A stretch of DNA of 64,000 bases, taken from NCBI GenBank assembly GCA_036172245.1, contig JAYWIR010000017.1:1178001-1242000 (forward strand), given 5' to 3'. Origin of the DNA: Raillietiella orientalis (lineage: Eukaryota). Positions 35,901 to 50,139 of this stretch are shown piece by piece. Each line of letters starts with the position of its first letter. Position 1 is the stretch's first letter. Both the position numbers and the translations under genes were made by a program. The notes below the pieces were generated by a model that ran no database searches, was not told the origin of the DNA, and saw nothing but the letters and a program-made list of their open reading frames with translations.

Positions 35901-38900
35901 AAATTGAAAAATCAAGCGTTCAAGGCCCCGAGATCTCGTGGTGCTTCAGGATTGAACTTTGTGGTCTGTTTGACGAGCGCTGCCGAATTAGGAATTTCGA
36001 CATCAAAATGTAAAGACGTTGCTTTGCCGATGTGTGGATACTTTCGGTAACGACTCGTTACTTAATGATACATGTTGATGCATTAAGGGAGAGTTCTATC
36101 GGCAACGGAGGTATCTCATGATTCATACTTCTTTGCGAATGGTGCGCGATTCTTGTCATTCTTGCCATTTTCTTGCGCGTATTAGCACCAACACTTTCGT
36201 GAAAAGTCACGAAGTTTTTTTTCTTCTCTTTTCTTTCTTTCTTTCTTTTACTCTCCCGCTGGCTTTTCTGATTCGTAATTATTGGTCATCGCCATTCGGC
36301 GTTGCGGCAATTTTCATGGTGTGTTACGAAATGCGGAGATGAACAGCTGTTTGACTGTCATTGCGAGTGCTGTGATGGAGTCCTCGGAGCATCGCCGGAC
36401 AAACAGATCGGTGGTCGGCATCACGTACATCTGCAGATATGGTTTGCTTCTCTTTCACAACTCGTTGAAGAGCCTGACCGTTTCAGGTGTGCAGAAGCAT
36501 TCGCGCTATTTCTTCGTCATGTGCACATCATGCGGTATCAGAAACCAAAAACGAAATTGTGAGCCCCCAGTTCGGTTTTCGGGAACTCGTAATGATTGCA
36601 CATCGCAGCTGCTCAGTGAGCTGCAATATTCTGCGTCATTTTGTGTTCGTGAGCCGCTTTCTGGACATTTTTTCTTCCCCCCCCTTTTTTATGCCTTGAA
36701 ACCATCCCATCTTGCAAACTGGTGATTCACTAATTTGGAGTAACGGAACTTCCGGGGACTTATAGGCAACACTTTCGCTTCTTATGCGCACTGTTTCAAA
36801 AATTTCCAGTGGCGACTGTACCAAACTTCGTCTCTTTCCCTTCTTTTTATGAAGTGCGAAGTATCACATTCGAAGCTTGGGCGCGAGAATGGATGTCAGG
36901 AAGAGTACAGCAAACATTTGATGTTTTCTTTTTGTGCATCCTGAGAAATAAACTCACTAATTGAGCGCTCATGGTGATTTGCAGCGGAGTGCTTGTCGTT
37001 CCCAGATGGTCGTTGGAATGTTCATCGTCACAGTTTCCCTTGCACTGCATTTTGGGTACATAAATGCTCGTTTTTAAACAGCGGCTCTTAAACTGTTATT
37101 ATGGTAAAATAAATTTACAGAAGCCATAAACAGAGACGGGCACGGTTATGGTTCATTTCTTTCACAGTCATCAATCGAGCTAGAATAGGAATGAAGAAAT
37201 CCGTGTAATTAACTCCGATCCCAATGTAGTTTGGTCATCTGGAGGACTTTTTCGGCATGATGGTGTGCGTTTTGTGTTCTTTGCAAATGTCTATCGCAAT
37301 CCTTCCTATTTTAAATGGCATTTTTTGGAAAGAACGGTTTTCTAAAGATCATAACTCATTCGAACATAAGGTGGAGTGCGACATAAATTGATTAAGATGT
37401 TAATTGGTCAGCCCGACAAAGTTATAATTCCTTTTCCCACTCTCACAGGGGGCAAAAATGCAATGCGTGCTCTTGAAAAGAAAGTACAACAAGAGGCACA
37501 GCACGTCTCTGTTTTTTTTTTTTTTTTTGCCATCACTGCAATTTATAAATGTAATCTGATTTTATTTCTCTCGTTTCGTGAGCGGTGTGTATAGTGAGTG
37601 CATCAGCCAAAAGGTTGATGTCAGTAATCGGCATTCGTTGAATGAGGACCGTAGAGCAGCTGATGAATCCGAGCACCAAGCAGGAACCTTCCTCGCGAAT
37701 CGTTCCAACTGAATGTTTTATTCAGAACTTGTTCCCCAGTCCAACAGATTTAGTATTTCCGACAGCTTCGCTAATCTGCATCTGTCCTTCGTGTGTCATC
37801 GATCTGATTAATTTATATAACTTTTCAAGTTTCATGTTCTCGTGCATGTGAAGTTATAGTCGAAAGTGGCCTTAAAATATTAATCGTTCATAATTTTTCA
37901 TTTTCCAACCATTATTCATTCCAAGTTCTGAGGCTGTGGTTTTCCCTTTTTTTTTTTTTTTTTTTTCTTTCTTTCTTTCTTTCTTCGAGGCTGGCACATT
38001 CTGCGCGACTTTCCCTCTAAAAACAGCGTCCTTTCCTTTAAGTATCTTCCTTTGATAAATCCTGAGGGAACCAAAAAACAGAGTACTTTCATTGAGGGAC
38101 TTTTCGTATGGCAGTTTATTGCTGGAATTTTCCAGTCAGGGAGGTCATCTGTTTTTTTGAGAGGGAGGAAACAAAAAATACGAGAGGTGTCAGCAGAAGA
38201 CCAAGATTAAGATTCCCACTCAATAAGACACTTTCATAAAGGGTGCTGCCGAAATGAAAAGAGACATATTTTTGGCGAGATGGAACGAGCTCAAGGCATC
38301 AAGAAGCTGCGAGGCTTGAAGAGACCTCGTGATTCCGTGGAAAGGCATTTAATGCTCACGGTTCCCATCGATACAATCGGGCAACTCTTTTTAAAGATTC
38401 TGATCAAGGGGTCTATTCTTAGACTTCAAAGTGTCATGTCGGGAATCTTGATCTGTTCTTCGGTCTTTGTGTTCTTAAATTCACCCAGTTCATTCTGGTA
38501 ATCCCCGAACCAGAAAATATCCATCATGCTCCATTCAGCTTATGCAAAAAGTCAGAAAAATGAAGAGCGTTGTCGTTAAAAACTTTTAGCATGGAAATTA
38601 GCCCGGGAATATTCCTGTTTCGGGGAATTCCAATTTTTCAAAGGGAACAGTGTGATAGGGACAAATTCTCGAGTTGGGGAAATTGGTTCGATGATCTTTG
38701 GATTAGAGAAACCTTTCATCGCAGGAATCGAAGATTCAGCAAGTGCTGCTTGTGATGTCTGACAGCAGCAGCAACACAGCTTACCAGCATTCCAAAAAAG
38801 GAACAAAAAGAAAGAAATGCAAAGGTGGATCGCGTTTTGAAATCCAGGATATGGTATTTCGTACTCGTGGGCGGAATAGCAACTCAGTAGAAGCGAGTTC

Positions 38901-41900
38901 CCTATCCCATATTTTCATGCATTAAGTGGATTCGATGTTCACAGCTGCTTCGAGCACATTCCGTTCGGTGTGCTTTATTTTATCAGAAAGTCATCTGTAG
39001 GTTGAGGCAACTGGAAAACGGAGATCGTTCGTGGAATCCTTCGATCTCGGCTTTGGAAGAAACAGGAATCGTCCTCCCAGATGCATGCGTTAACCTCAAC
39101 AGCTCGTTTATTTTTCCCAAAGATTATGTTGCGAAACCCCAAACGCAGTTTTGGCTTATTTTCCTGCGGTTTTGAAATCTCTGCTCACGAGAAATCAGAC
39201 AAACGAATGTAAATGTCATCTCGAGTGGGGAACTGAGAACTCGCTCGGGGAAGAAAGCGAGCGCAATGCGGCAATGAAAAGCCAAAGCAAGAACGCAAAA
39301 GGTCGTCAAAGAAGGAACCTGAATGCTGGGGAAGTAACCAACGACTCTTGTGAAAATGGTGACGAAATGAGATACAGATGATGCTGATAAATCCAGATGA
39401 CGCTCGCATCGGTGAATGTAGGAAGCCGTTACGAGCAAATAACTTGTTATTACGTACATCGGGCGAGCCATGGGACCTTCCGTTTTTCATGTTTTCCTCG
39501 AAAGGAGATCTTTTCCCCGCTGCCTTCTTTCGTTTGGAGGCATTTTTTTTGTTTTACCGTTGAGCTCCGAGGTCTTTGATTTTCTCCCCCTCCGTTCCTT
39601 TTTCATGAATCGAGCATCATGCAATGCTAATTTTCTGCAAGATTGAGGTTCAATGCCAAATCAGTTTTCAATAGTGATCTGGCTGTTTTGTCAATTCCTT
39701 GCATGCGTTTCCATCCAGGGTACCCTCCCTACCGTCATCGCCTCTATTTTTAGGCCTGTGTTCATGTGCACGTTTGTGCACATGCTCTCGTATTGCGATT
39801 AGGCTCTTGAGCAAAAATCGCACTTTCGTGTTTTGCTCCTTATTCGAGGCATTTCGTGTTCCGTATTGCGTATTTCAATGTGTGTCGTCCTCACGTATGT
39901 TTTTTGCGCCTTTCTCCCCCTCCCCCGCCCTTTTGTCGCTGTTGTATGAATTTCTGTTTCCTTTGAGTCCGTTTTCCGAACACGTCGTTCAGCGTGTTCG
40001 GAAGTCAGTCAGCCGTGTGGTGGTGGCATGTCTTCACCGCCACACGTGGCAATCCTGAGGTTGCAAACCTCAGTGCATTTATGGCCCACCTTCGGTGGAA
40101 CTTCCTTTCCGGATCGAAAGTGATTAGCACAATAGTTTGGACACTTGTCTTCAAGTGTTATTGAAAGTGTGTGTTCTGTGCCTCATTTGTGTTCATATAC
40201 TTTCCTCCCACGAAACCGAGAACATGGCAATCCCTCGTGAGTGCCGCTTTCTGTTCGCCGTTTTCATCTCTTGTCTTTTTTTGTTTGTTTGTTGGAAAAC
40301 TGGAACGGCGGGAGCATTTACCAGTGAGTCGAAGAAGTATCTACGTGGCAAACCTCGATCCGCTCCCATCTCGCCTCCCGACTTGGAATCTTCGGCTTTC
40401 TGTCGGTTGCCGTTCGTCTTGAGTGATGGCCCCATTCGGGAGATTTTGGAGCACACAGGGGCGTGCTCACTTGTTGAGATGAGCGCCATCAAGCCCCTCA
40501 CTGTTGCGAACACACATCCATGCAACACTGCGTCGGTCTTTCATTTCGTTCCTGGTTGCGAGACCAGGATCCGCAAGTCGTCGCTCCACGGCGTTCTATA
40601 AATATTCGATCGTTTTAGAGCTCCTGCATTCTTCTTGCCATCTCAGGCGTTGCATTCGCTAAAGCAGGTTGCAGCGCGTTTCGGTACGGATGCATGCACT
40701 TTTCCTTCTCAGCCTTATTCTTTCAAGCTTCATCACACTCGCGCGTTTTCCCAGGCATTACGCGTCTGTGTATTCGTATATGAGGATTGAAGTCTCGATA
40801 CCTCATGACGTTAATTTTTATGGTGTGTTTAGCGCTCTTTTTCCCCGTTCTGCCCATCACTGTTTACCACAGTTTTGCATTCTGGATGCAGACGCTGCAT
40901 CGCGGATGTTGAGATGATGATGGCACAGGTTTTCAGACTCCTGCGCAGAGCTTGCTCCTAAAGGACTCCCCGTTTTTCTAAATCAGAAATTCTCTCCTCG
41001 TGGGAAGTCCTTTTACGAGTGGTGCCGGTTGAAATTTGTGCAGTGAATGCCTGCGGAAAAACACGCTCTTTCGCGAACGTTTGAGTGCTTTTCAGAAATT
41101 TCAGTCGTCCAGTTATTCAGTTCCTGCCACCATCCAGCATTTCGTATTCCTCATTCCCTTCCAAATCTCCTGTGATCGGCGGTATTCGTTCTTGTTGTAC
41201 GTTACCGCTTTCTCCCGAGGAACGCGCGTCTTTGAAAAAATTTCCGGAACTTTATCGCCGCTTTGGATATTGCTCTTCTCTTTTGATTCTTCCGTGGGTT
41301 ACCCGGAGTGTGCCCATCACTGGAAGCTTGCTTCTTCATGGCAGCTTTCGATGTGCGGAAATAATGAGAGTGAGCTCTGGGAAAACCTGAAACACCTTCA
41401 TTTTCGCGGTCGATTCTTCAATCCCCTCTAGGAAGTCTCCCTTGTGCGTCCGCTATTCCGCTTCCGGCTTCCTTAATTGGGAAACGGTGAAACGCTGATT
41501 CGATACAGCGTTCGGATCTGAATAACGAAGGAATAAGTTGATTTGGGGCTGCCCTTGTGAAAGTTGGTTAATATTTATAAGTAATTATATTAAATATGAA
41601 CCGAGATGATGACCCGAGATCAAGGAACGGGATGAAAAGTTGTAATTAAAATAAAAAAAAAGCAGCCTTAGCTTAAGATTCACACACACACACATACGAG
41701 CGTGCACACACAACGTGCAAAGCGATTGAAACTGGGTGCCTCTCCTGTTTGGACTCTCACGAACGTAAAACACATTAGGATAAGTGTTCTTGCTGTTTAC
41801 TTTTTTTTCCCCTTGCTTTATTATTATTTTTTTTTATCATTTTCTCTATTCATAAATCAGAAGTTTGCAAGCTGAACTTTTTGAAAGGTTCCTTCACTTC

Positions 41901-44900
41901 GAATATATTGACAGGTCGAGAATGGAGCGTGGATACGGATGCTGACAAATTGTGTGGGTTTACGCTGTAGCAAAGACTCAATAACAAAAATATAAGTGCA
42001 GAAATTTAACGCGTCGTAAATCACCGAGGTGTTTTTGATTTGGGTGACGGAGGAAGGGGAGAAGGGAAGGAATTCTTCTCCCTTTGCCGTCGAAGAAGAA
42101 GATTCCGTCCCGTTCCTTGCGCGCGTACCACGCGGACGTGTACCATCACATCCTCCAAGCTTTCTCCTCCCTGCTCCGCTCGACGAGATCGTGAATTGTT
42201 TTTCCTGCGATTCCTTGTGGCATTGACGTGAGTTCTTCTCTCCTGTAAAGATCAAAAGTTCGCTTCCCATGACGTATTTGATTTACGGGAACTTTCCTTG
42301 GCATCCTGAAAGCCGCAGATTGCCATGCAACCCTTTCGTGTTTTCCATACCGGATGAGGTTCACGTGTATTTGTTTAGCTGCTCTTTCCGTGATCGTTTT
42401 CCTGGCTGTCACATTTCGAAATCTCCGGCATCCCTGGTCCTCGTTACGCTGAAGCCCATTTTATTTGTTTCTGTGATTTTATGTCACCCCTGTTCGTTTT
42501 GTTTGTTTGTTTTTTGTTGTTTTTGTTCCTCCTCCCCCCCTCCCCTTGAAAACTCTATTGCGAAACGTCTCTTCATAATTGGTATCCTCCATTGAAATAG
42601 ATGACGCAGCATCTGCTTTCTTCCTATTTCGACAAGACGTTTCCTGGAAATTAATTTCTTTCTTTCTCATCTTTTTTTTCTTCTTCCGCGAATTTTCGGA
42701 TCATTCTTGCGCGAGGGATGATGTGGAGTGTCAATATGTTTGCTCGCTGCCTGCCATCCCTTGATTTTCGCATGCTCTTCAGCATGCTGGCGCTCTCACG
42801 TACGGCATGTCGGATGTTTCTTCGTGCATCGAAAAGTGCAGTAGCATCATTAGTTCAAGGCGCTCTCCCTGTGGAAGTGTGTGTCCCGCGCGGTGTGACA
42901 AGTATCTGTGTTTCCTGTTTTCTTTCGAAAGAGTAGGACGTTCCGGGAGGGGGAGGGGGAAATCTCTGGCAAGCGACGGGCGGCGGCGATGCCGAAGCAG
43001 AAGCGGTCACTTCGTCGAAAAAGCAAACATGGCCGTCATCCGGAGGCGACGGGTCGACCCAAGCGGGTCTTGTTTTCCGTGCGAATTCGTCCTTCGGAGC
43101 TTTCGGAACATCTCGATCGCTCCCGTGTCCCTCTGCCTTTGCCCTGCGCACACGCGGCTTGCCGTTTCGCTCGCTCTCCGCGTCGAAAGTTCCGCATCCC
43201 CGGACGCTTTCGTTTGCGAAACGGTTTTTCTGGAGAGCGTTTTCTGAATGATTTCGCAATTACGCATTGCCAATTGATGATAAATGCCTGGGACGATGGA
43301 ATGGCGAAACGCTTCCAGAAATGGCGGCGGAGCTCTTTCGAGCCATTGACACTCCGATCACGAACCACATTAACCTAATTTCGGAAATTCTCTGTCGAAG
43401 TGTCTAAACAGATGGCTATGTATCCGTCGGTAATTGCGTCCACGGTAGATGCGTCAAATCTCGAGTTAGGGATGCAGTTGTCGTATGCGCGGAAGGCGAA
43501 ACGCGTCCGTCTTTCGTGGTCCGGCGCAATCGTCGCAGGAAAACTACGGCGCTTCGTTACCGAGGATTCCCTTGGCTCTTTTCCTTCAAGAATTCCTCTG
43601 CCCGCCGCGTGGAACTTTCTGTGTCATCGGGTGAGCAGCATGCGGAGTGCAGCGCCTGCTCGCATCCTCCTTCACAACCTTTTGCTGTATCTTCGTCGCG
43701 ATAGAATCTCAGGACGGCTCGTTGACTCCTGGTACTTCCTGAACATTTCTGACTTGCGATTCGTGTGACCGGATTTCGATCTCGAGATCGCACGCTGACT
43801 CTCGGTCTGCTCGCTCCTCCGGTAGCAGAATGTCTGCTCATTCCGGTAGCCTGCCCAAGAACATCTGCGGCAGCGTGTCGTCTCCGTGTATGTGCGGTCG
43901 TATCGATCGTGGCTGGTCGAGTATGCGGATCGCCCGGTACACGGAAAAGCTTTCCAGGCTTTGCCAGCTTTGTGCTTGGGAAACGCTGAACTTCCATTTT
44001 GTTTATCTGTTTCGGAAAGAGGAACCTTCTGGAAATGTCATTCAAGGAGCCAGCTGAATTAACCCAACCAGAGGAGTTGGCGGGTCCGCTCATCCGAACG
44101 CTCCGAGCCACACAGCTTCGCTTCCTAGACTTTTCGGAAAGTTGAATTCGTGTGATTCAATCTCCTGGTGTTAATAGGTGATGGCGACGACACAGGACTG
44201 GTTTGCCGAAGATCTGGAGAGGGTGGGGGAAGGGGAGATTCAAGTGCATTAGGTAGTAGGGAGAGGGGAATTAATTTATAGCTGAGAAAACAAAAACAAA
44301 GCCGTCTTAAAAATAGTACAGATGGATTTCCACCATAGTGCTGTACGTGGCTAAAAGCTCGAAGGAATGGCATAAATCTTTGCGGCAGAAGACGAGGAAT
44401 TTCCAAACAGAAAGCATTTTGAATGAACTGTAGCGTGATGTACGGTTTGAGTGTGTGTTTGGGGGGGGGTGGAGTCGAAGTAATTTGAAGGAGCACAGGA
44501 CATGCGTTGTTTGAGCTCTCAATAACGACCAGAGAGCGAAAAAGCCCTACGCTTGTTCCCTGGAGCCTCCAGATTTCGAGTTGGGCGGTTTGCCTTTGAA
44601 ATGGATCCCGGTTTTCGCTGGTGTTCGAGTAGGCAGGCGCCTATCCTCTTCCCTCTTTCGTGTCCAGCGTTTCCTGTGAAGGTAGTGATGCACTGCCGAG
44701 AGCGGTCAGGGTCCTTTGTCACCTACGTCATTTCTGGGGGAAATTGCTGGGACTGGCGAGGAGGAATGCTCCCCTCTCCTTTCAAGCAAGCGTTTTCGGG
44801 ATCAATAGGAATCCAAGAGCTACCGTACTTTCCCGTAATCTTATCTGTCGATAGCAATTCTTCCCAGGTTGCGCATCAGTAGCGGAATCTTCCCGTAGGC

Positions 44901-47292
44901 GAACACGAATCGCTTCAGCAAAAAAAAAAAAAGGTCGCTGAATTCCTTTAACCGTACCCAGTTAAGTTAGGATGAGGAAGCCTTCCATTAGGGGTTTCTC
45001 AAGCTGGTCCTAATTCACACATCTTTTGGATGCAGGCTTCGTTCCTTTACTTTTGTGTTCCGAGATTGGAGATTTCCCATTTGGAAACGAAGAGTCGAAG
45101 GTTGCTGTCCTTTAACTGGGTGCTCTTCTCAACCGTGGCTACTCGGCGGATGCTTTCGCCCCGCTGGCTTCTTAACCACCCGGGTTCGAACTGTATCCCG
45201 TGCTTGAGAATCGCCGAAGTGTCGAGTGGTGCCGGCTGTAAAATATGGGATGGAACGAAGTGTGCGTCGCCTCTGCACTCTCCTTCCTCCTTGATGACGT
45301 AGGCGTCGTCGTCGCATCGGGAACCTCTCTCAGTGACACGGATTTCGTTTTCGTCGTCATGTTCTTTTCATCGAAGAGTAGTTAAAGGAAACTGGAACCG
45401 AGATGACTAGTCCCTCGAGGGACTAGTCTTTTTCTGTTTGCACCCTACGTTTTGCAGTCGTGGTGGTACTACCGTTTTCCGTCCGCCGCGATCTTCCAAC
45501 CCTCTCCGCTCTCAGGGATGCTGCAAACACGGTTTAGTGCACCGCGTTGCTTGTCGGCTGAACGATTTCTTTTGCAGGTTTCTACTTTTTTCCGTTTTCC
45601 TTCCTTTTTTTTTTTTTTTCTTTGCCTTTTTTCCCGTCAGGAAAATCAAAAATCGCATTTTCCCATTGTGGTGCGTTTCCCTTCCTTTCCACCCTTGTAA
45701 CGTTTCGTCTGCGGGGTAATTAAATTATATTCCTAGCAGTTATATTCGCGTAATTACCGTGCTCCCGATTTTCACATTGGGACGTCCACGCGAAAGCGCC
45801 TTCTGAAGACATGTCCACGGGACGGTTGTAATTTGTTTCTGTTTCCTTCGTACTAGTTAGGATGATGTCCTGCGTTTTTGCACTTCCGAAAGGTAATAAA
45901 AGGTTCCACCTACTTCAACGGAATTTTGGATGACTGTTGATTTATTCAGTAACTCTTGCAGTAGTTGATGTCCAATTGGATTTTGCGGATGTACGATCGA
46001 AGAAAGGCGTTCTTCGAACCGTCTCCACAATAAAAACGTTCGTAACGGAAATTGAGTCTTTTGAGCAATCCAAGTTCAATCCAAGTTTGTTTGTTTTTTC
46101 CTGCGCGCATTTTTGATATTCTCGAAGCTTCATCTCGAGGGCGCGAATTTGCTAAGGACGATTTGGGAAGATGGGGGATCCCGAGGGCGAAGCGGAATGA
46201 AACGTGTGTGAATGGTATCTGTGAGCGCCTTTGTTCAACGCGGGTTGATGGTCCTCAGACGGAGGAAAATCACGAGTTCCGAGGGTCTCTGCTCGAGGTA
46301 AGAAGCAGAAAGTTGGTTTCGTTTGTTCTGTGACTTTCAGTCTCTTGCGTCATCGCCTGCACACCTGTTGGCCACTTCCAGCATTGCTGTCTCTTAAAAC
46401 CGATCCGCATTTGCACGGGGCGTTCCACTTTGGCGACTTCGATCCAGGCAGGGCACTCAGCCGATCTTCTCGTCATTCCCACTGAGGTTTTTGCCTTTCC
46501 TGTACTTAAGAAAAGTACTTTTCTCATTCCCAGCCACATTGAACCCATTAGCGACGCAGCCATGATGCTCGTCGCTTCCTAATTGAAACCTGCGACTCGG
46601 CTCCGGGCTTCTCCTCTCCGTTCGTTAATTTTCTTGTTTACGAATCGGGACGTCTGTTTGCAGCCTCGGCGCTCCCAAGTTCTCACGAAGCAATTTCTTA
46701 TTCATTTTTATGGATTTCATAACCTCGCTCTTCTTGTCTGTATAGATTTATTCTTCGTTTTGATCAAGGGAAGCCGTATGATTTCGTTTCGTTTCTTTTC
46801 TTTTTTCTTTTTTTTTTTTTCTTTAGTTCTCTCCGACGTTTCGGATGTTGGACGTCTCCCGATATGAGATTTCCAATTTCCGTTCCGTGCGGATCTCCCC
46901 CCCCCCCCCCGTTTCACTTTTCTCTTTCTTTAAATACTAATATCTATTTTTTGATTGTAGTTAAGCGAGAAATGGAAGATTTCCAAGGTTAAATCGAAAC
47001 AGTCCGTAAACATCGATCGAAGAGGCAAAAACAAAAAAAAAAAATACTGTTTTTCATCGTGTCATCTCTCTAAATCGGAAATAGGTGTTGAATCGTGGCT
47101 GCTGATATTTCGGTAGCAAGGATGTCTCGGATAACCGGTCCTTTTGCCAGATTCCGTTTAATTATTCGCATGTGTTTCGGATCGTGAATCTCCTCTAACG
47201 AAGAGAACGATGTGCATACGGCGCACGACTCGTTGTGTGCCTTCCTGAACCGTGGGAGTGTGGCAACCCTTCCTGCGAATGGCAAAGCGTGC

Positions 47293-47324
<32 letters not shown>

Positions 47325-47585
47325 CTATTCCTCTCCCGGAAAACCAACCGTAATTCTGCTGATTTACTCTTGCACACCTCTCGATTTGCGTGAAGCCAAT
47401 ATGAATTGGTGTTGTAATGTAGATCTGTGGGAGTGCATGCCGAAGAATAAGCAGAAATGCGGTTGCCCCTTTTCCAACTTTCTCCTTGCTCCTCGGCTAG
47501 TGAACCGTCAGCGTCCGAGTCAGCTGTTCGAGCGCGCAAGGTGAAAGAGATGAGAACTAACCGTAGACGATGCTTTGCTTTTCAG
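32964..47585 (+). other. NK7: NK7 intron (14,622 bp, phase 1)
   Basis: GT at 32964; branch-point-like ACTAAC at 47556-47561, then tgctttgcttttcAG ending at 47585. Additional small exons cannot be excluded. Confidence 0.75.
45405..45428. repeat. Perfect 24-bp palindrome GACTAGTCCCTCGAGGGACTAGTC
   Basis: The sequence equals its own reverse complement, checked base by base. Confidence 0.95.
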
Positions 47586-47833
47586 TTATTCAGCACAAGA
47601 ACATCAAGCGGAAAAAAGACAAAATGGATTTGACGAATCAGCAGTCCTCCGAAGAGGAGAACAATCTGTCAGACTGTCCGCTGTCGGGCGACAGGAACAA
47701 GAAGAAAAAAGCACGCACAACGTTTACCGGAAGGCAGATCTTTGAACTGGAGAAGCAATTCGAGATCAAAAAGTATTTATCCTCAAGCGAGCGCGCCGAT
47801 ATGGCCAAGCTTCTTAACGTTACGGAGACTCAG
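47586..47833 (+). CDS. NK7: NK7-type homeobox transcription factor, coding exon 2 (homeodomain residues 1-44 at 47702-47833)
   Basis: Encodes [13 protein letters not shown]...[65 protein letters not shown] and MAKLLxVTETQ are characteristic of NK7 (Drosophila NK7.1-like) homeodomains. Canonical donor CAG|GTAAGC, phase 0. Confidence 0.95.
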
Positions 47834-49223
47834 GTAAGCGGAAACGCTGCCGTGCCCGTTTGTCGTGTGTCTGGGAAGCTCAGCAGCCCACATCACAAGT
47901 CTTCCGCCATTTCGCGAAACCATTTGTTTCTCCCGCTGGAGAACCGGCATTATGCTAAGGTGTAATCGTCATCCCTCGTGTGTAGAAAGTGTCAAGAGTC
48001 CCTTTCGGAGCGGTCACTCCGAAAGATCGCTCACTCTCGCTTTCCTCTTCCTCGTGCGAGGGGGAAAAGAAAAAAAGAAAGAAAGAAACACACGGTCGAG
48101 GGACAAAGAAGCTGCGGAAAATAAATTCCGATCCGATTTATCGATGGCTTTACTCGTGCGCCGTTTCACTCCGCCAACGCGCATCTTTCATCTTAAGCTC
48201 TCATTAGGAGTCGATTCTTTGCCCGTCTCGTTCTGTAATGAGAATGGACGGCCTGCATTCTCTTTCGATGGCCTGCTTTGTAAGGGATTCTAACGAAAGG
48301 AATCAGCATTCTGTGTGCTTCTCTTCCTCTCCCCCTCCGCACCGCTTTCGAAGATTGCGACGGGAGTGCTGCTCGTCCACTGCGCGACGTCCTTGCGGCG
48401 AAGCAATCCCTCCTCCTCCGTCTCCCGGAGGCGCTTTTTTTTTCTTTTTCTGCCGGGCGCCTAGCAGCGAGATCGGTTCCCAGATGCGGGAATCTCCTCC
48501 TTTGATTTCGATTCTTAGAATCACTTATACCCGTTGATTCCTTTCACGGGAACAGCCCAACCCCTTCCCTATCGCTACTCGTCTCTCTCCTCCGCAGGAT
48601 TGGAATTCCTGCATCCTCCTCTCTCTGCTTCTCTTCCCTCCCCCCCCCCCCTCCCCCGTGCTAATATCCCGGCGGAAAATCAATAACTCTTGTGCATAAG
48701 AAAACAGTGTGAACGCGCGTTAACGCGTCATGCGACGTTCGCCCGCCTCTGCAGCGCGTTCCAACGGTCCGATCACGTGTGTCGCACATTCGATTCTAAT
48801 TTATAACATTGTTTAGATTTTTCGGTGTCACATTCTACTTTCATGTGCCCGCAAATAGTTCCAAATTGTCTGCGTTCCTAATTTATGCTCTCTCAATTTG
48901 TTACCGAACGTCAGTGGGTTTCCGTTGGGAGACGTCGTCGTTTGCGACGACGACGGCGACGCACTTTCAATTTCCCCTCCCCTTCCGCAGCGTTTCGCTA
49001 CCACCGCCACCACCACTACCTCCGTGCCCGGACTCTTCCGCGTGCGTATGCGCGCATTCCCGAGCATCGATGCCCGCGCGCAGCTGCTGCAACCCTCCCC
49101 CCCCCCTCCTCCTCCCCCGGAATCGAAGCCGGGACCGCTCGGGATTCTGCTTTGGACCTGTCTTCGTCGCGGTGGCAGTAACCTGTGCTGTGCGCGCCTG
49201 CCGGCGCTCGTCTTTCCGAAAGC

Positions 49224-49258
<35 letters not shown>

Positions 49259-50100
49259 CTCCTCCACGCGTTCTACATTTCGTCTCGCGCCGCCCGTCTT
49301 CCTTACCCCTCGTGGCAAAAATGCATTCTGCGGACAATTAATCTCCAAACATCTGCAAATCAATATTCCTTTCAGGTCCAATTACGACTTTTCGAGAGCC
49401 ACGAAGCAGATTTCGTTTTCTTCCTTTCCTTTTTTCTTTTCTTTTCCTTTTTTTTTTTTTTTTTTTTTTTTTTGCGAGCTTGAATTTCGTAAAAGGGAAA
49501 TCGAGGCAGGCGAACTCAGCTGTTGACCGAACGAAAGGAGAGAGGAGAGGAGGAGGAGGAGAAGAAATATATTTATTGTTGATGCTATTAGACGCATTCC
49601 AGGAGGAGCGCTTTCGCTAAGATTCCCTGCATGCCTCTTAGCAGCTCCCAGGCAGATGCATGTGTGTGCCGTAACTTTAATGAACTCTTGAGCGTTCGTT
49701 ACCCTAAACGTGGAGCGTATTTTTAATGAGACGCTTTCGTCTCCTTGACGACTCGGGAGTATCAGAACGCATTCTGATTCCTATTATGTTTCTCTCGGTG
49801 TGCGTGGCCTGCAGATAAGAGTAAAACGGAATCTTGTCCCATCTCCCGTATTGTTCTCCAGCCAAACTAATCGCATTTCAGCAGTTGCACGCGCCAGCGA
49901 GTTCGGATTATTTTCGGGGAACACAAAACAAACGTGTTCTGTCGGAATAGAGAGAATTGGCACTGGAGATATCTGATGCCATGATCACCATGGTATATCG
50001 AGTTTCTTGCAGCATTTTGTGTGTCTGCCTGTCTGTGCGCGCGCGCGCTCGCTCTCGGTTGCTTCGCAGTGGGTTCTTAACGCATTGCTGAAAAAGGAGC

Positions 50101-50139
<39 letters not shown>

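Noticed and set aside
47591..47593. Alternative acceptor CAG 8 nt into exon 2
   Set aside because: Phase 0, which would shift the frame relative to the phase-1 donor of exon 1.
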